Origin: a virus
Virus record (IMG/VR): IMGVR_UViG_3300045988_100160
Span: 1 to 64,000 of that record
Strand: one strand, 5' to 3'
DNA: 64,000 nt
Positions 8,216 to 16,035 of this stretch are shown in pieces. Within the stretch, counting starts at the first letter, position 1; every line of letters begins with the position of its first letter. Below the pieces are notes generated by a model that was given only the letters and a program-made list of their open reading frames with translations, was not told the origin of the DNA and ran no database searches. A program made the position numbers and the translations under genes.

Positions 8216-8291
8216 TTTTTGTTCCTCCTGTAATAATAAAACCCCAGATTGTTTAATGTTTAACAGGTGTTTTCCTTACCTGTTGATTACA

Positions 8292-8320
8292 TTATATCAG
8301 TTGGGGTTTTGTGTGTCAAC
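8292..8320 (-). promoter_or_regulatory. consensus sigma-70 promoter TTGACA-17-TATAAT
   Basis: rc of 8315..8320 is TTGACA, spacer is 17 nt, rc of 8292..8297 is TATAAT. Confidence 0.7.
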
Positions 8321-8357
8321 AACTTTTTTACAAAATTTTGACTTTTTTATTTTGCTA

Positions 8358-8780
8358 TTATTTTGTCGTGTATTCTTGCATTAAATCAGCCACAGAAATC
8401 CATCTGTAGCCTGCACCAATGGCATTATACATCTGTACAAACACGGTATCAATTTCTTTATCAACACGCATATCACAGCCGACTAGATGGGTTGCACCAT
8501 CTTTATTGCACACATATCTACTCATGTATTGAACTGCTGATAGCACTTGCTTATCAATATCCATATATTGCTCTTCGGCATCTGCCATGGCTTTAAATAG
8601 TTGGTTAATGTCGTAGTGACCGATGTATGTAAATTCGTTGGTAATATTGTGTATTGTATCGCAAGAGCCATCATCATATAAAATATAATAGTCACCATTC
8701 ACATCTATTCGACATATAATAATAGTAAATCCCTCATCATCAATATATATGTCTCCGACTGTTGTTTTATGTCTATCCAT
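8358..8780 (-). CDS. hypothetical protein (140 aa)
   Basis: ORF track. AGGAGG upstream. Confidence 0.6.
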   Translation of the reverse strand: MDRHKTTVGDIYIDDEGFTIIICRIDVNGDYYILYDDGSCDTIHNITNEFTYIGHYDINQLFKAMADAEEQYMDIDKQVLSAVQYMSRYVCNKDGATHLVGCDMRVDKEIDTVFVQMYNAIGAGYRWISVADLMQEYTTK

Positions 8781-9090
8781 TATCCTTGACCTCCTGTTCT
8801 AGCGTGTAATAAAATTGCTCCAAGAATTGGTCTACTTGATTAATTTCAAACCCAGTGTAAACATGATGTTCATAATCGACAAAACCCTCTGGGTGGTCTT
8901 CCCAAGAACACTCATACACAACTCGACCGTCTTTCAATCGTATCACAAACGCCTTATACATGAGTGTTAATGTTGCGTATTCATCATATGCGACCTCTTG
9001 GTTTGCAACGATTGTAAATTGCTTGTCGGTGTAATCATATGAGGAACCGTTTGTACTAGCCATCTGGAACATATGCATGATATCAAACAT
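8773..9090 (-). CDS. hypothetical protein (105 aa)
   Basis: ORF track 8773..9123 trimmed to ATG 9090 (AGGTG upstream, 8-nt overlap with the upstream stop). Confidence 0.55.
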   Translation of the reverse strand: MFDIMHMFQMASTNGSSYDYTDKQFTIVANQEVAYDEYATLTLMYKAFVIRLKDGRVVYECSWEDHPEGFVDYEHHVYTGFEINQVDQFLEQFYYTLEQEVKDNG

Positions 9091-9325
9091 TGTTAAACAC
9101 CTGTAATCTTTCTTTAAGTGCATTTAGTAGTAAATGTAAGTTGGTCTCACAACAGTAGACAATCTTACGGTTTACAATCTCGCTTTTAAAGATGGTTGTT
9201 ACAATAAAGTGTCCGCCTTTAGTTAATGAGATTGTGCGGTACGTTTTTAGTGTTTCTTTGTAAATCAATGTTGGTTTGTCGTTGTAAATGAATACGTCAC
9301 CAATATGCAATTCTTTTTCTTGCAT
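9083..9325 (-). CDS. hypothetical protein (80 aa)
   Basis: ORF track. GAGGTG upstream. Confidence 0.55.
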   Translation of the reverse strand: MQEKELHIGDVFIYNDKPTLIYKETLKTYRTISLTKGGHFIVTTIFKSEIVNRKIVYCCETNLHLLLNALKERLQVFNNV

Positions 9326-9327
9326 AA

Positions 9328-9552
9328 TTACACCTCGTAATCTTCCTCGTAATCTGGTTCTTCTTCCTCGATGGCTTCAACGGTTATTTCTTCAACAGAA
9401 CCACTAGCATCATATTCGTAAGATGTTACATTGATGTCAAAGTAATCCGCAAGGTCAGATGCAATCTCATACGCTTCTTCTTCGCTATGGGCGGTAATCC
9501 GTGCTTCACCGTAGAATGTACCACTAAAGGTAACATTATAGACCTTTTCCAT
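9328..9552 (-). CDS. small very acidic protein (74 aa, ...EEEEPDYEEDYEV)
   Basis: ORF track (GTG 9564); I prefer ATG 9552. Confidence 0.55.
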   Translation of the reverse strand: MEKVYNVTFSGTFYGEARITAHSEEEAYEIASDLADYFDINVTSYEYDASGSVEEITVEAIEEEEPDYEEDYEV

Positions 9553-9790
9553 TGTTTTTCTCACCCACTCCCATTAATCCAACGACCAACAAACAAATAA
9601 CAAACGCAAGTGTAATTTTGAGCGTGAACCATAGGACTGTCCATGCGATTGCCATGGTTACACCAGCGATACCAATAAGTGCCAATATAAAGGCAATCGC
9701 AACGGCAAGCCATGATAGCTTTGCGACAACCGCAAGAACAATGATTGCAATCCCAAGAATTGCACCAAATAGTGATTCTAATACTTTCAT
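9536..9790 (-). CDS. small integral membrane protein (84 aa, about 3 hydrophobic helices)
   Basis: ORF track. GGAG upstream. Almost entirely hydrophobic sequence. Confidence 0.6.
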   Translation of the reverse strand: MKVLESLFGAILGIAIIVLAVVAKLSWLAVAIAFILALIGIAGVTMAIAWTVLWFTLKITLAFVICLLVVGLMGVGEKNNGKGL

Positions 9791-9808
9791 GTGTTAAGCT
9801 CCATTTCT

Positions 9809-10474
9809 TTAATCATTAGATTTTTCTTCTAGCTCCTTGCGGACAGGTGTCTTTGGTTTCTTTTTATGTGTTGTAAAGTCGCAAGATACCTCGTGACAAG
9901 ACTCACACATTCCAAGCGTTTGTAAATTCACCAAAGATGGATATAAGTAATTCAAGCGTTCAAAAATCGCTCGTGCCACTTGCTGATGTTCCGTGGATGC
10001 TCGCTTGCATAAACGCTTTGGTAAATACTCCATCCATGTGCGTAGAGAGCCACTCACAGTCATGGTAACATTAGTTGCCAAGGGTAAAACATAAGATGCA
10101 ACTTGATATGGAACACCTGCTTTAACCAAACGGCGATATTCAAGAATTTGGTTCTCAATCAATTTATTCATGAGTTGACCCATATCGTCTGTAATCTCCG
10201 GATGTTCCGTGGAATTAAACCATGTGGCATCGCCAAAGTCTGTACCTCGTGTAGACTTCACAGTAAAAGACAAGTGTCTGTGTCGTGTAATCTGTGCAAG
10301 ACATTTCTGTGACATTTCAATATCGAATGTCACCAATGTATGTTCTAATAGTGACAAATGTCCACTAGAGGTGGCTCGAATTAATGCATCCTCGGTTAAT
10401 TCTTTACCATAGCATTGACCCATGGCATGAGTCGCTGTATTAAGTGGTGTATAGTTCTGTAGTTCTACCTGCAT
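9809..10474 (-). CDS. thyX: flavin-dependent thymidylate synthase
   Basis: Contains the ThyX signature RHRxxSxxxxSxR as RHRHLSFTVKSTR. Size of 221 aa is typical. GGAGGT upstream. Confidence 0.85.
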   Translation of the reverse strand: MQVELQNYTPLNTATHAMGQCYGKELTEDALIRATSSGHLSLLEHTLVTFDIEMSQKCLAQITRHRHLSFTVKSTRGTDFGDATWFNSTEHPEITDDMGQLMNKLIENQILEYRRLVKAGVPYQVASYVLPLATNVTMTVSGSLRTWMEYLPKRLCKRASTEHQQVARAIFERLNYLYPSLVNLQTLGMCESCHEVSCDFTTHKKKPKTPVRKELEEKSND

Positions 10475-10492
10475 ATGATACCTCCGTTACCG

Positions 10493-10828
10493 TTAAAACA
10501 TTTGAATTGTAAACCATATTCCCATTACAATGTTAAAAATCGTGAGACCAAAGCACCAAGCCTTAAGCCATAAGATAAAACGCTTGTTTTTCTGTATCTC
10601 ACAGTTAATCGCACGGAATTTTAATCTGTTGTCGATGTTCGTATCTCGAATTATCAAGATGGTATCATCTAAAGTTTTTCGCAACTCTTTGATACTTCGT
10701 GTGTTTGATAACGAGCGTTGATTAGCTGCGGTTTGACCGCTCACCAATAAATCGATAGCATGTGTCCGCTGCTTGACTTTAGTTTCCATTTGTAAGAATT
10801 TGTCCTGTAGTTTCTTTAGATAGCTCAT
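10493..10828 (-). CDS. tail-anchored coiled-coil membrane protein (XhlA-like topology)
   Basis: ORF track trimmed to ATG 10828 (GGGAGG upstream). C-terminal helix FILWLKAWCFGLTIFNIVMGIWF. Confidence 0.55.
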   Translation of the reverse strand: MSYLKKLQDKFLQMETKVKQRTHAIDLLVSGQTAANQRSLSNTRSIKELRKTLDDTILIIRDTNIDNRLKFRAINCEIQKNKRFILWLKAWCFGLTIFNIVMGIWFTIQMF

Positions 10829-10839
10829 TATTCCTCCCA

Positions 10840-11013
10840 TTAGCGGTAAACAACGGCATAATCGGCAGTACCACCATTAGCAAGACCGACTGTAAATACG
10901 GTGTGAAAGCACCAGCCATCTTCAAATAGTTCATTCAATTGTTCTTCTGTGGTACTAAGAGTGTGTGTATGTAATAATACGCATTTGTATTCTGTTGCAT
11001 GTTTTAATTGCAT
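10840..11013 (-). CDS. 57-aa hypothetical protein
   Basis: Found by hand. ATG 11013 preceded by AGGAGA. Fills an otherwise empty 186-nt gap. Confidence 0.5.
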   Translation of the reverse strand: MQLKHATEYKCVLLHTHTLSTTEEQLNELFEDGWCFHTVFTVGLANGGTADYAVVYR

Positions 11014-11026
11014 ATTTTTTCTCCTG

Positions 11027-11410
11027 TTACACCGTCAACCAATAAATCAATGAACCGACATTAATTACAATAACCGCAATTAAATACCAAAAAATACGCT
11101 TATGTGTTTTGCTCATTTGACTCTGTAAGTCGTCAACTCGTGCGGTCAATAAATCTATACGCTCTGTGTGCAGTTGTCCGACTTTTAATAGCGTTGAAAT
11201 AGACTTATGTAGACTAGAGATTGAATCTTGTTGAACATCTTGTTTTTTTGAAAGAACCTCAATTTGTTTATGGTGTTCATTAATAGTACTTGAGTACTCA
11301 CCTAGCTGTAATGTCGTGGTTTGTAATGCTTCGTTATTTTTACCAACATTCTTTGCTAATGTTCCCATCGTTTCGTGTGTTCGTTGGTAAGCATCCATTA
11401 ATTCTGCCAT
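11027..11410 (-). CDS. tail-anchored coiled-coil membrane protein (XhlA-like topology)
   Basis: ORF track. TAATG coupling to the upstream gene. C-terminal helix IFWYLIAVIVINVGSLIYWL. Confidence 0.55.
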   Translation of the reverse strand: MAELMDAYQRTHETMGTLAKNVGKNNEALQTTTLQLGEYSSTINEHHKQIEVLSKKQDVQQDSISSLHKSISTLLKVGQLHTERIDLLTARVDDLQSQMSKTHKRIFWYLIAVIVINVGSLIYWLTV

Positions 11411-11625
11411 TAGTTATCCTCCTGTGTGATATGATAAAAACAATAGTGTGACCCATAGTCAATAGTGATACCCAACGGATTATGCATAATGCGATAATAC
11501 GGCGGTGTAAAGCCATTGTAATGCCACCAATCTTTAATCGCCTTTAATGCATCGGCTTCGGTCTCAAATAGACCATGGTGTTTCGTTTCGTATGTTCGTG
11601 TGTCTTGCCACTCAAGTTTGTACAT
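11410..11625 (-). CDS. hypothetical protein (71 aa)
   Basis: ORF track. AGGAGG upstream. Confidence 0.55.
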   Translation of the reverse strand: MYKLEWQDTRTYETKHHGLFETEADALKAIKDWWHYNGFTPPYYRIMHNPLGITIDYGSHYCFYHITQEDN

Positions 11626-11714
11626 TAGTCCTCCTGTAGTTGTTTTACCATGTTTTTTAGTAACGCACTATTAGGTTTTAAAACACTAAGAGGAGCACAA
11701 TAGCGTTTTTTGCT

Positions 11715-12131
11715 CTAGTCACAAGTTCTAACACCAATAAACTCAATTAAGTTTTCCCAATTGTGTGACTCGTTGCTATTAATGGTAACATAAGTGATGT
11801 CAAATTTGCTGTCGTATAAATCAATAGTACAGCCCTCTAAAGACTTGAATAAGTGTAAATGTTTCTCAGCGGTCGGTAATGCTTTGCGATATAGTTCAAA
11901 GATTTTAAACTCATAGGCTTCACTTAATGCATTAATACTGCTTTCTACATCAACTGTATGTCTGTGGGAATAATATTTATCGACAGGCTTTAATGGTCTA
12001 CTATCGTGAACTTCAAAAATATCACGGCTTGGATTGTAAACAATACATTCTGCCCCATGTACATAGTTTAGAAATACGACTGGTCTACCAAATACATCTT
12101 CACATAGCTCGCCTGCTACAAATTTACTCAT
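11715..12131 (-). CDS. hypothetical protein (138 aa)
   Basis: ORF track trimmed to ATG 12131 (AGGAGA upstream). Confidence 0.55.
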   Translation of the reverse strand: MSKFVAGELCEDVFGRPVVFLNYVHGAECIVYNPSRDIFEVHDSRPLKPVDKYYSHRHTVDVESSINALSEAYEFKIFELYRKALPTAEKHLHLFKSLEGCTIDLYDSKFDITYVTINSNESHNWENLIEFIGVRTCD

Positions 12132-12822
12132 TTGTTTTCTCCTGTGCATTAAAAATCCGTTGTTTGGCAACATCAAAATACATTGGGTCTAACTCAATAC
12201 CAATGAAATCTCGACCCAATTCAACGGCTGCAACACCTGTTGTACCAGAACCCATAAATGGGTCAATAATGGTATATTCTTTTGGCAGAATACCAATAAT
12301 GTTTTTCATTACTTGTAATGGCATCTGACATGGATGCACTGTTTTTTCTGCTGAGGTGTTCTTCACGATATTAATGTTCCACCAATCGTAAATCGGTGTG
12401 CCCTGTGAACCGTTTTCAATCAACCGTTTAATCCGTTTATCATTTGGGTTCTTATATGGTTGTAACACTTGTTTAAAGTCAGGTGTTACACCAAAGAACG
12501 CAATGTCTCGGTGTTGCTTGCGGTTGTTTGAATTATATACCCATGATACCACTTTAGTTGGTGGTCTGTCAATATCAATCGCAAGTTGATACAGTTGTTC
12601 TGGATAGTGAATAACAACAGATGGATGCGATGGATTGAACACCTGTTGCAACATCTGTCTATAATCTCCATCGCTCATTCTGTCGTGATAACCGTTGTAA
12701 TGATACCCAATGTTAAACGGAGGGTCTGACACGATGATATATGGTTTATTTTCCGCTTGCAATTGGGTTTTGATGGGTTGCAATATGGTTCGACAATCGC
12801 ATTGATGTAGCTCAATCATCAT
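12124..12822 (-). CDS. DNA methyltransferase, beta-class amino-MTase (N6-adenine or N4-cytosine)
   Basis: Motif IV is DPPF (VSDPPFNIGY). It precedes motif I, FxGxG (IDPFMGSGTTGVAA). Start trimmed to ATG 12822. Confidence 0.8.
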   Translation of the reverse strand: MMIELHQCDCRTILQPIKTQLQAENKPYIIVSDPPFNIGYHYNGYHDRMSDGDYRQMLQQVFNPSHPSVVIHYPEQLYQLAIDIDRPPTKVVSWVYNSNNRKQHRDIAFFGVTPDFKQVLQPYKNPNDKRIKRLIENGSQGTPIYDWWNINIVKNTSAEKTVHPCQMPLQVMKNIIGILPKEYTIIDPFMGSGTTGVAAVELGRDFIGIELDPMYFDVAKQRIFNAQEKTNE

Positions 12823-13210
12823 AGTCTTCCTCGAATAACATTTTTGCAATTTCTTCATCATAACTAAAGCCAAGTAGCCTTAAGATGTCGTCTTTGTCTT
12901 TTTCAGTAAAGTCTCTATGACCGTTTAGTTTGAGAGACAAATTTGTGAGACTAATTCCTAATAGGGATGCAACTTTACCGACACCCAAATTACGGTCTTT
13001 AAACATTCCTCGCAACATTGTGTGTCGTTCTTGGTATCGTGTTCCAATGTCTACTTTGAGTCGTGCAAGGTATGTTTTGACATCTTCAATATCTTTAAAA
13101 GTGTCATCTTCTAATACATTTTGCAACTTTGACAGCAACACCGATGTTTCTTCAAACTTCTTGTAATCTTCTTCGATTACAACTCCATTAATTCGTACAT
13201 GTGTTTTCAT
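12812..13210 (-). CDS. helix-turn-helix DNA-binding protein (XRE-like C-terminal HTH)
   Basis: ORF track trimmed to ATG 13210 (GGAGGA upstream). HTH-like segment LGVGKVASLLGISLTNLSLKLNG. Confidence 0.5.
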   Translation of the reverse strand: MKTHVRINGVVIEEDYKKFEETSVLLSKLQNVLEDDTFKDIEDVKTYLARLKVDIGTRYQERHTMLRGMFKDRNLGVGKVASLLGISLTNLSLKLNGHRDFTEKDKDDILRLLGFSYDEEIAKMLFEEDYDD

Positions 13211-13228
13211 ATATTCCTCCAATAGTTT

Positions 13229-13247
13229 GGGGCGAACGAGTCGCCCC
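13229..13247 (-). terminator. GC-rich stem-loop just after the adhesin gene (no U-tract)
   Basis: GGGGCGA-acgag-TCGCCCC, a 7-bp stem starting 9 nt after the stop at 13256. The missing T-run makes terminator function uncertain. Confidence 0.35.
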
Positions 13248-13255
13248 ATCTTATA

Positions 13256-14551
13256 TTACTTACTTAATAAATTTTCCAACATTTCAACACGTTCTTTTAA
13301 CTGTTGTAATTCATCTCGTTTAACATTTGTTGTTTTACCAACCTTAAAGTTTACAGATGCATTAGTTACAGAAGAAGAACCAAAAGACTGTCCAACGTAA
13401 AACATTACATTTTCATTCGGAGCGTAGAACGCACCCAATGCACCAGCGTTTGCATTTTTGTAATGTCCAAAGCCTGCACTAATAGAGAACTTATTATGTG
13501 CATCGAAACCATTCCAATGTAATGCTCCTAAAGCAGATACAGATGCAATAGCTGCATTGGTGCCACGTTCTAATTGGTTTACTTTATTGGTAATATCACC
13601 CAACATTTGTTGGCTTGAGTGCTCCAATGTGGTAATTCGGTTTTCATGGTTCATAGACACCTGTTTCAACGCTGAAATATCGCTTGTATGAGCGTTTTGA
13701 ACACGCTCTAGTGTATTTGTTCGTGCACCTAAATTTGTAATCGCTTGGTGGTTATCATTAATTAATGCCATTCCAGTACCAATGTCTGCCGCATTTTGAC
13801 GGATGCGATTATCAAATGTACTTACCGTTGTGCCAAGATTATAAATCTTGTTGCCGTTATTTGTAATTTCATCAATGGCTGCATACAACTGAGAACCATT
13901 GACTGCATCTAAGGAATCTGTGGTAATACGACCAGCAGACACATTTTGTAATTGTCGGTTGTAATTGTGGATTGCACTATAGGTGGAAGATTGTGTAGCA
14001 CCAAATGACACACTGGAGTTTGGACTGTCACCTGCGAACACATGAGTCGTGCCATTGATGTCCATTTGACTAAACGCAACAGGGTCAGATGTTTGAGAGT
14101 TTGTGCCAATTGCCACAGAGTTCTGTACTGGGGCACTTGCGTTGTTGCCAACAACCACAGCATCAATACCACGGACAACAGAGTGAGTACCAATGACAAT
14201 TGAACCTTGGTTGTCAACCGTGTTATTTGCACCGATTACAGTTTGTTCTTGGTGATTGCCAATGTAATTATTATAGCCAATTACAGAGGATTGATTCGCA
14301 GATGTTGTACCATTGCCACCACCTAAGATGATATTATCGTTGCCATTCACAGTATTGTCACGACCCAATACAATCGTATTAGTACCATTCACAACTGTGT
14401 TTGCACCGATTGCAACACTATTATAACCTGTTGCTATAGGGTCAACCGCAGATGGTTCTAAAGAGCCAATCGCAACTGGGTTGGCGGACACACCCATAGT
14501 TGCCATTGCTAATACTGCGGAAATAATCATAGTTTTTGTTTTGTTTTTCAT
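13256..14551 (-). CDS. YadA-type trimeric autotransporter adhesin (431 aa) with a post-anchor coiled-coil tail
   Basis: Signal peptide MKNKTKTMIISAVLAMATMGVSA. Head repeats NSVAIGANTVVNGTNTIVLGRDNTVNG. Neck motif RQLQNVSAGRITTDSLDAVNGSQLY. Stalk heptads. C-terminal beta-barrel anchor AAIASVSALGAL...SISAGFGHYKNANAGALGAFY...ASVNFKV. A further 27 coiled-coil residues follow the anchor. Confidence 0.85.
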   Translation of the reverse strand: MKNKTKTMIISAVLAMATMGVSANPVAIGSLEPSAVDPIATGYNSVAIGANTVVNGTNTIVLGRDNTVNGNDNIILGGGNGTTSANQSSVIGYNNYIGNHQEQTVIGANNTVDNQGSIVIGTHSVVRGIDAVVVGNNASAPVQNSVAIGTNSQTSDPVAFSQMDINGTTHVFAGDSPNSSVSFGATQSSTYSAIHNYNRQLQNVSAGRITTDSLDAVNGSQLYAAIDEITNNGNKIYNLGTTVSTFDNRIRQNAADIGTGMALINDNHQAITNLGARTNTLERVQNAHTSDISALKQVSMNHENRITTLEHSSQQMLGDITNKVNQLERGTNAAIASVSALGALHWNGFDAHNKFSISAGFGHYKNANAGALGAFYAPNENVMFYVGQSFGSSSVTNASVNFKVGKTTNVKRDELQQLKERVEMLENLLSK

Positions 14552-14572
14552 TAGGTTTCTCCTGTTGTTTCA

Positions 14573-14830
14573 TTACAAGGTTTTGTTTAATTTCTGTAGA
14601 TAATCCAATAAGTCTTGCTTGGATGTTTTCTTGATTTGATACATATCCGTTGTTACCCAATCGGAACTACAGATGCATTTAGCACCCAAGGACTTCACAC
14701 GCTTATGCCACTGGTCTGTACACAAGTACATCACGCCTTTTTTCATTCGTAGACATTGTGTCTGCGGCCAGTTGTGTCTGCGGATGCCCTTACCGTTTTC
14801 CATTAATTCGTATGCTTCGTGGAACCGCAT
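14573..14830 (-). CDS. DUF2829-like small protein (Tad2-family candidate)
   Basis: N-terminus MRFHEAYELMENGKGIRRHNW resembles the M.F.EAL..L..GK.V.R..W pattern I recall for DUF2829. A later SSDW resembles the family's C-terminal DW motif. Confidence 0.4.
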   Translation of the reverse strand: MRFHEAYELMENGKGIRRHNWPQTQCLRMKKGVMYLCTDQWHKRVKSLGAKCICSSDWVTTDMYQIKKTSKQDLLDYLQKLNKTL

Positions 14831-15003
14831 TTACAACACTTCTCCTTTCTTGGGAATAAACATAAAATAACCACGCTTAAGAACATTGCCCCAAGCCATT
14901 CTTGGTTATTGAATACAAATGTTTGAATAAATGAACCACCCATCAGCAATAAACATGAGATGTCAATCATTCGTCTAATATCAAGTATTAATTGTTTGTC
15001 CAT
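14803..15003 (-). CDS. small two-helix membrane protein (66 aa)
   Basis: ORF track. AGGAAG upstream. Overlaps both neighbours. Confidence 0.4.
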   Translation of the reverse strand: MDKQLILDIRRMIDISCLLLMGGSFIQTFVFNNQEWLGAMFLSVVILCLFPRKEKCCKCGSTKHTN

Positions 15004-15313
15004 TTTCTTCCTGACCTTTCTTTAATTCTTCTCGACCAATCTTTTGTAAAAATTTCCATGACTTGAACATTGTCTTATAGTCAAGATTGATATATGTTCT
15101 ATTCTTTGGGTGCTTTGGACACGCCAAGTATATCCAATGTTCATTCGCTGACCTTAAATGTTGAAGTATTGGTATTGGCTTGGTTTTACATTTGTAACAA
15201 CCATCTGTTGTCTGACATCGGTCTAACACATCGTCAAACCCATCGCCATAGTTAATGAAATACTCTCGTTTTTTCGGCAGTTTGCGACCACCACCAAATC
15301 CATTAGATGCCAT
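14981..15313 (-). CDS. hypothetical Cys-containing protein (110 aa)
   Basis: ORF track. First gene after the promoter at 15336..15364. Confidence 0.55.
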   Translation of the reverse strand: MASNGFGGGRKLPKKREYFINYGDGFDDVLDRCQTTDGCYKCKTKPIPILQHLRSANEHWIYLACPKHPKNRTYINLDYKTMFKSWKFLQKIGREELKKGQEENGQTINT

Positions 15314-15335
15314 GTCTCACCTGCTTTCTAATAAG

Positions 15336-15364
15336 ATAATATCATATAACTATGCTTATGTCAA
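15336..15364 (-). promoter_or_regulatory. sigma-70 promoter TTGACA-17-TATTAT
   Basis: rc of 15359..15364 is TTGACA and rc of 15336..15341 is TATTAT. Confidence 0.6.
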
Positions 15365-15400
15365 TAACTTATTTTTAATAAACACAAGATTTTTACATAT

Positions 15401-15430
15401 AATAAAAAAGAGACCAACTATGTGGTCTCC
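15401..15430 (-). terminator. rho-independent terminator
   Basis: GAGACCA/TGGTCTC stem (15410..15416 and 15423..15429), then TTTTTTATT on the minus strand. Confidence 0.65.
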
Positions 15431-15470
15431 TGCGTTTTATTTGTTTGTGTCGTCTGCTAATTTGGCTTCA

Positions 15471-15773
15471 TCATAAGGTCTCCAATTCTAAAATCTGTTG
15501 TAAATATTCCAAAACTACATCCAAAGATACTTTTGTGACATCCCCATCAGGTAACAACTGTGTACCATGGTAAATCACGCCATCTTTCAATAGTGCCAAA
15601 CAAAAGACACCATCGTCTTCGGTATACTCGAATTGAATAACGGCTACATTATAACCATTGTTAAACGAGAACCACCACATCTGGCGTTCTTCATACATCA
15701 TGTTTTTTGGTAGAATGGTCGTATATTTAAAACCATCGTGCTCTTGCAATTCTTTAATAATTGTTTTATCCAT
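15471..15773 (-). CDS. hypothetical protein (100 aa)
   Basis: ORF track. AGGAGG upstream. Bracketed by a promoter and a terminator. Confidence 0.6.
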   Translation of the reverse strand: MDKTIIKELQEHDGFKYTTILPKNMMYEERQMWWFSFNNGYNVAVIQFEYTEDDGVFCLALLKDGVIYHGTQLLPDGDVTKVSLDVVLEYLQQILELETL

Positions 15774-15811
15774 TGTTCCTCCTGTGTTAAAAACAATTTG
15801 TTTACACCATT

Positions 15812-15840
15812 ATAATACCATGGATGATTGCGTATGTCAA
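15812..15840 (-). promoter_or_regulatory. sigma-70 promoter TTGACA-17-TATTAT
   Basis: rc of 15835..15840 is TTGACA and rc of 15812..15817 is TATTAT. Confidence 0.6.
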
Positions 15841-15848
15841 CAACAAAA

Positions 15849-15878
15849 TAAAAAAAGACGGAAGAAATTAATCTTCCG
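15849..15878 (-). terminator. rho-independent terminator
   Basis: CGGAAGA/TCTTCCG stem (15859..15865 and 15872..15878) followed by a T-run on the minus strand. Overlaps the end of CDS 15868..16035. Confidence 0.6.
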
Positions 15879-16035
15879 CCATACGATAATGCCATAACGC
15901 ACAATCGTCTATTTCACAAGCCTGCACCTCAGCAAGAGTACCGCAACAACACTCTCTACATTTCTTGTGGATTGCTTCGAGCGGTGTCTTTGGTTTTGAT
16001 GGCTTGCGTTTCTTTTTATTTGTTTTCTTTGGCAT
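15868..16035 (-). CDS. 55-aa basic Cys-cluster (zinc-binding type) protein
   Basis: Found by hand. MPKKTNKKKRKPSKPKTPLEAIHKKCRECCCGTLAEVQACEIDDCALWHYRMAED. Below the ORF-track cut-off. Confidence 0.55.
   Translation of the reverse strand: MPKKTNKKKRKPSKPKTPLEAIHKKCRECCCGTLAEVQACEIDDCALWHYRMAED

Noticed and set aside
7833-8384. 183-aa plus-strand ORF
   Set aside because: It runs antisense across two minus-strand genes (7799..8014, 8015..8215), into the start of a third (8358..8780), and through a consensus minus-strand promoter. The peptide is Cys/Phe-rich and low in complexity.
13909-14232. Alternative-frame ORF inside the adhesin gene
   Set aside because: It is a shadow frame of the repetitive head-repeat region. 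The main frame has complete, ordered autotransporter domains.
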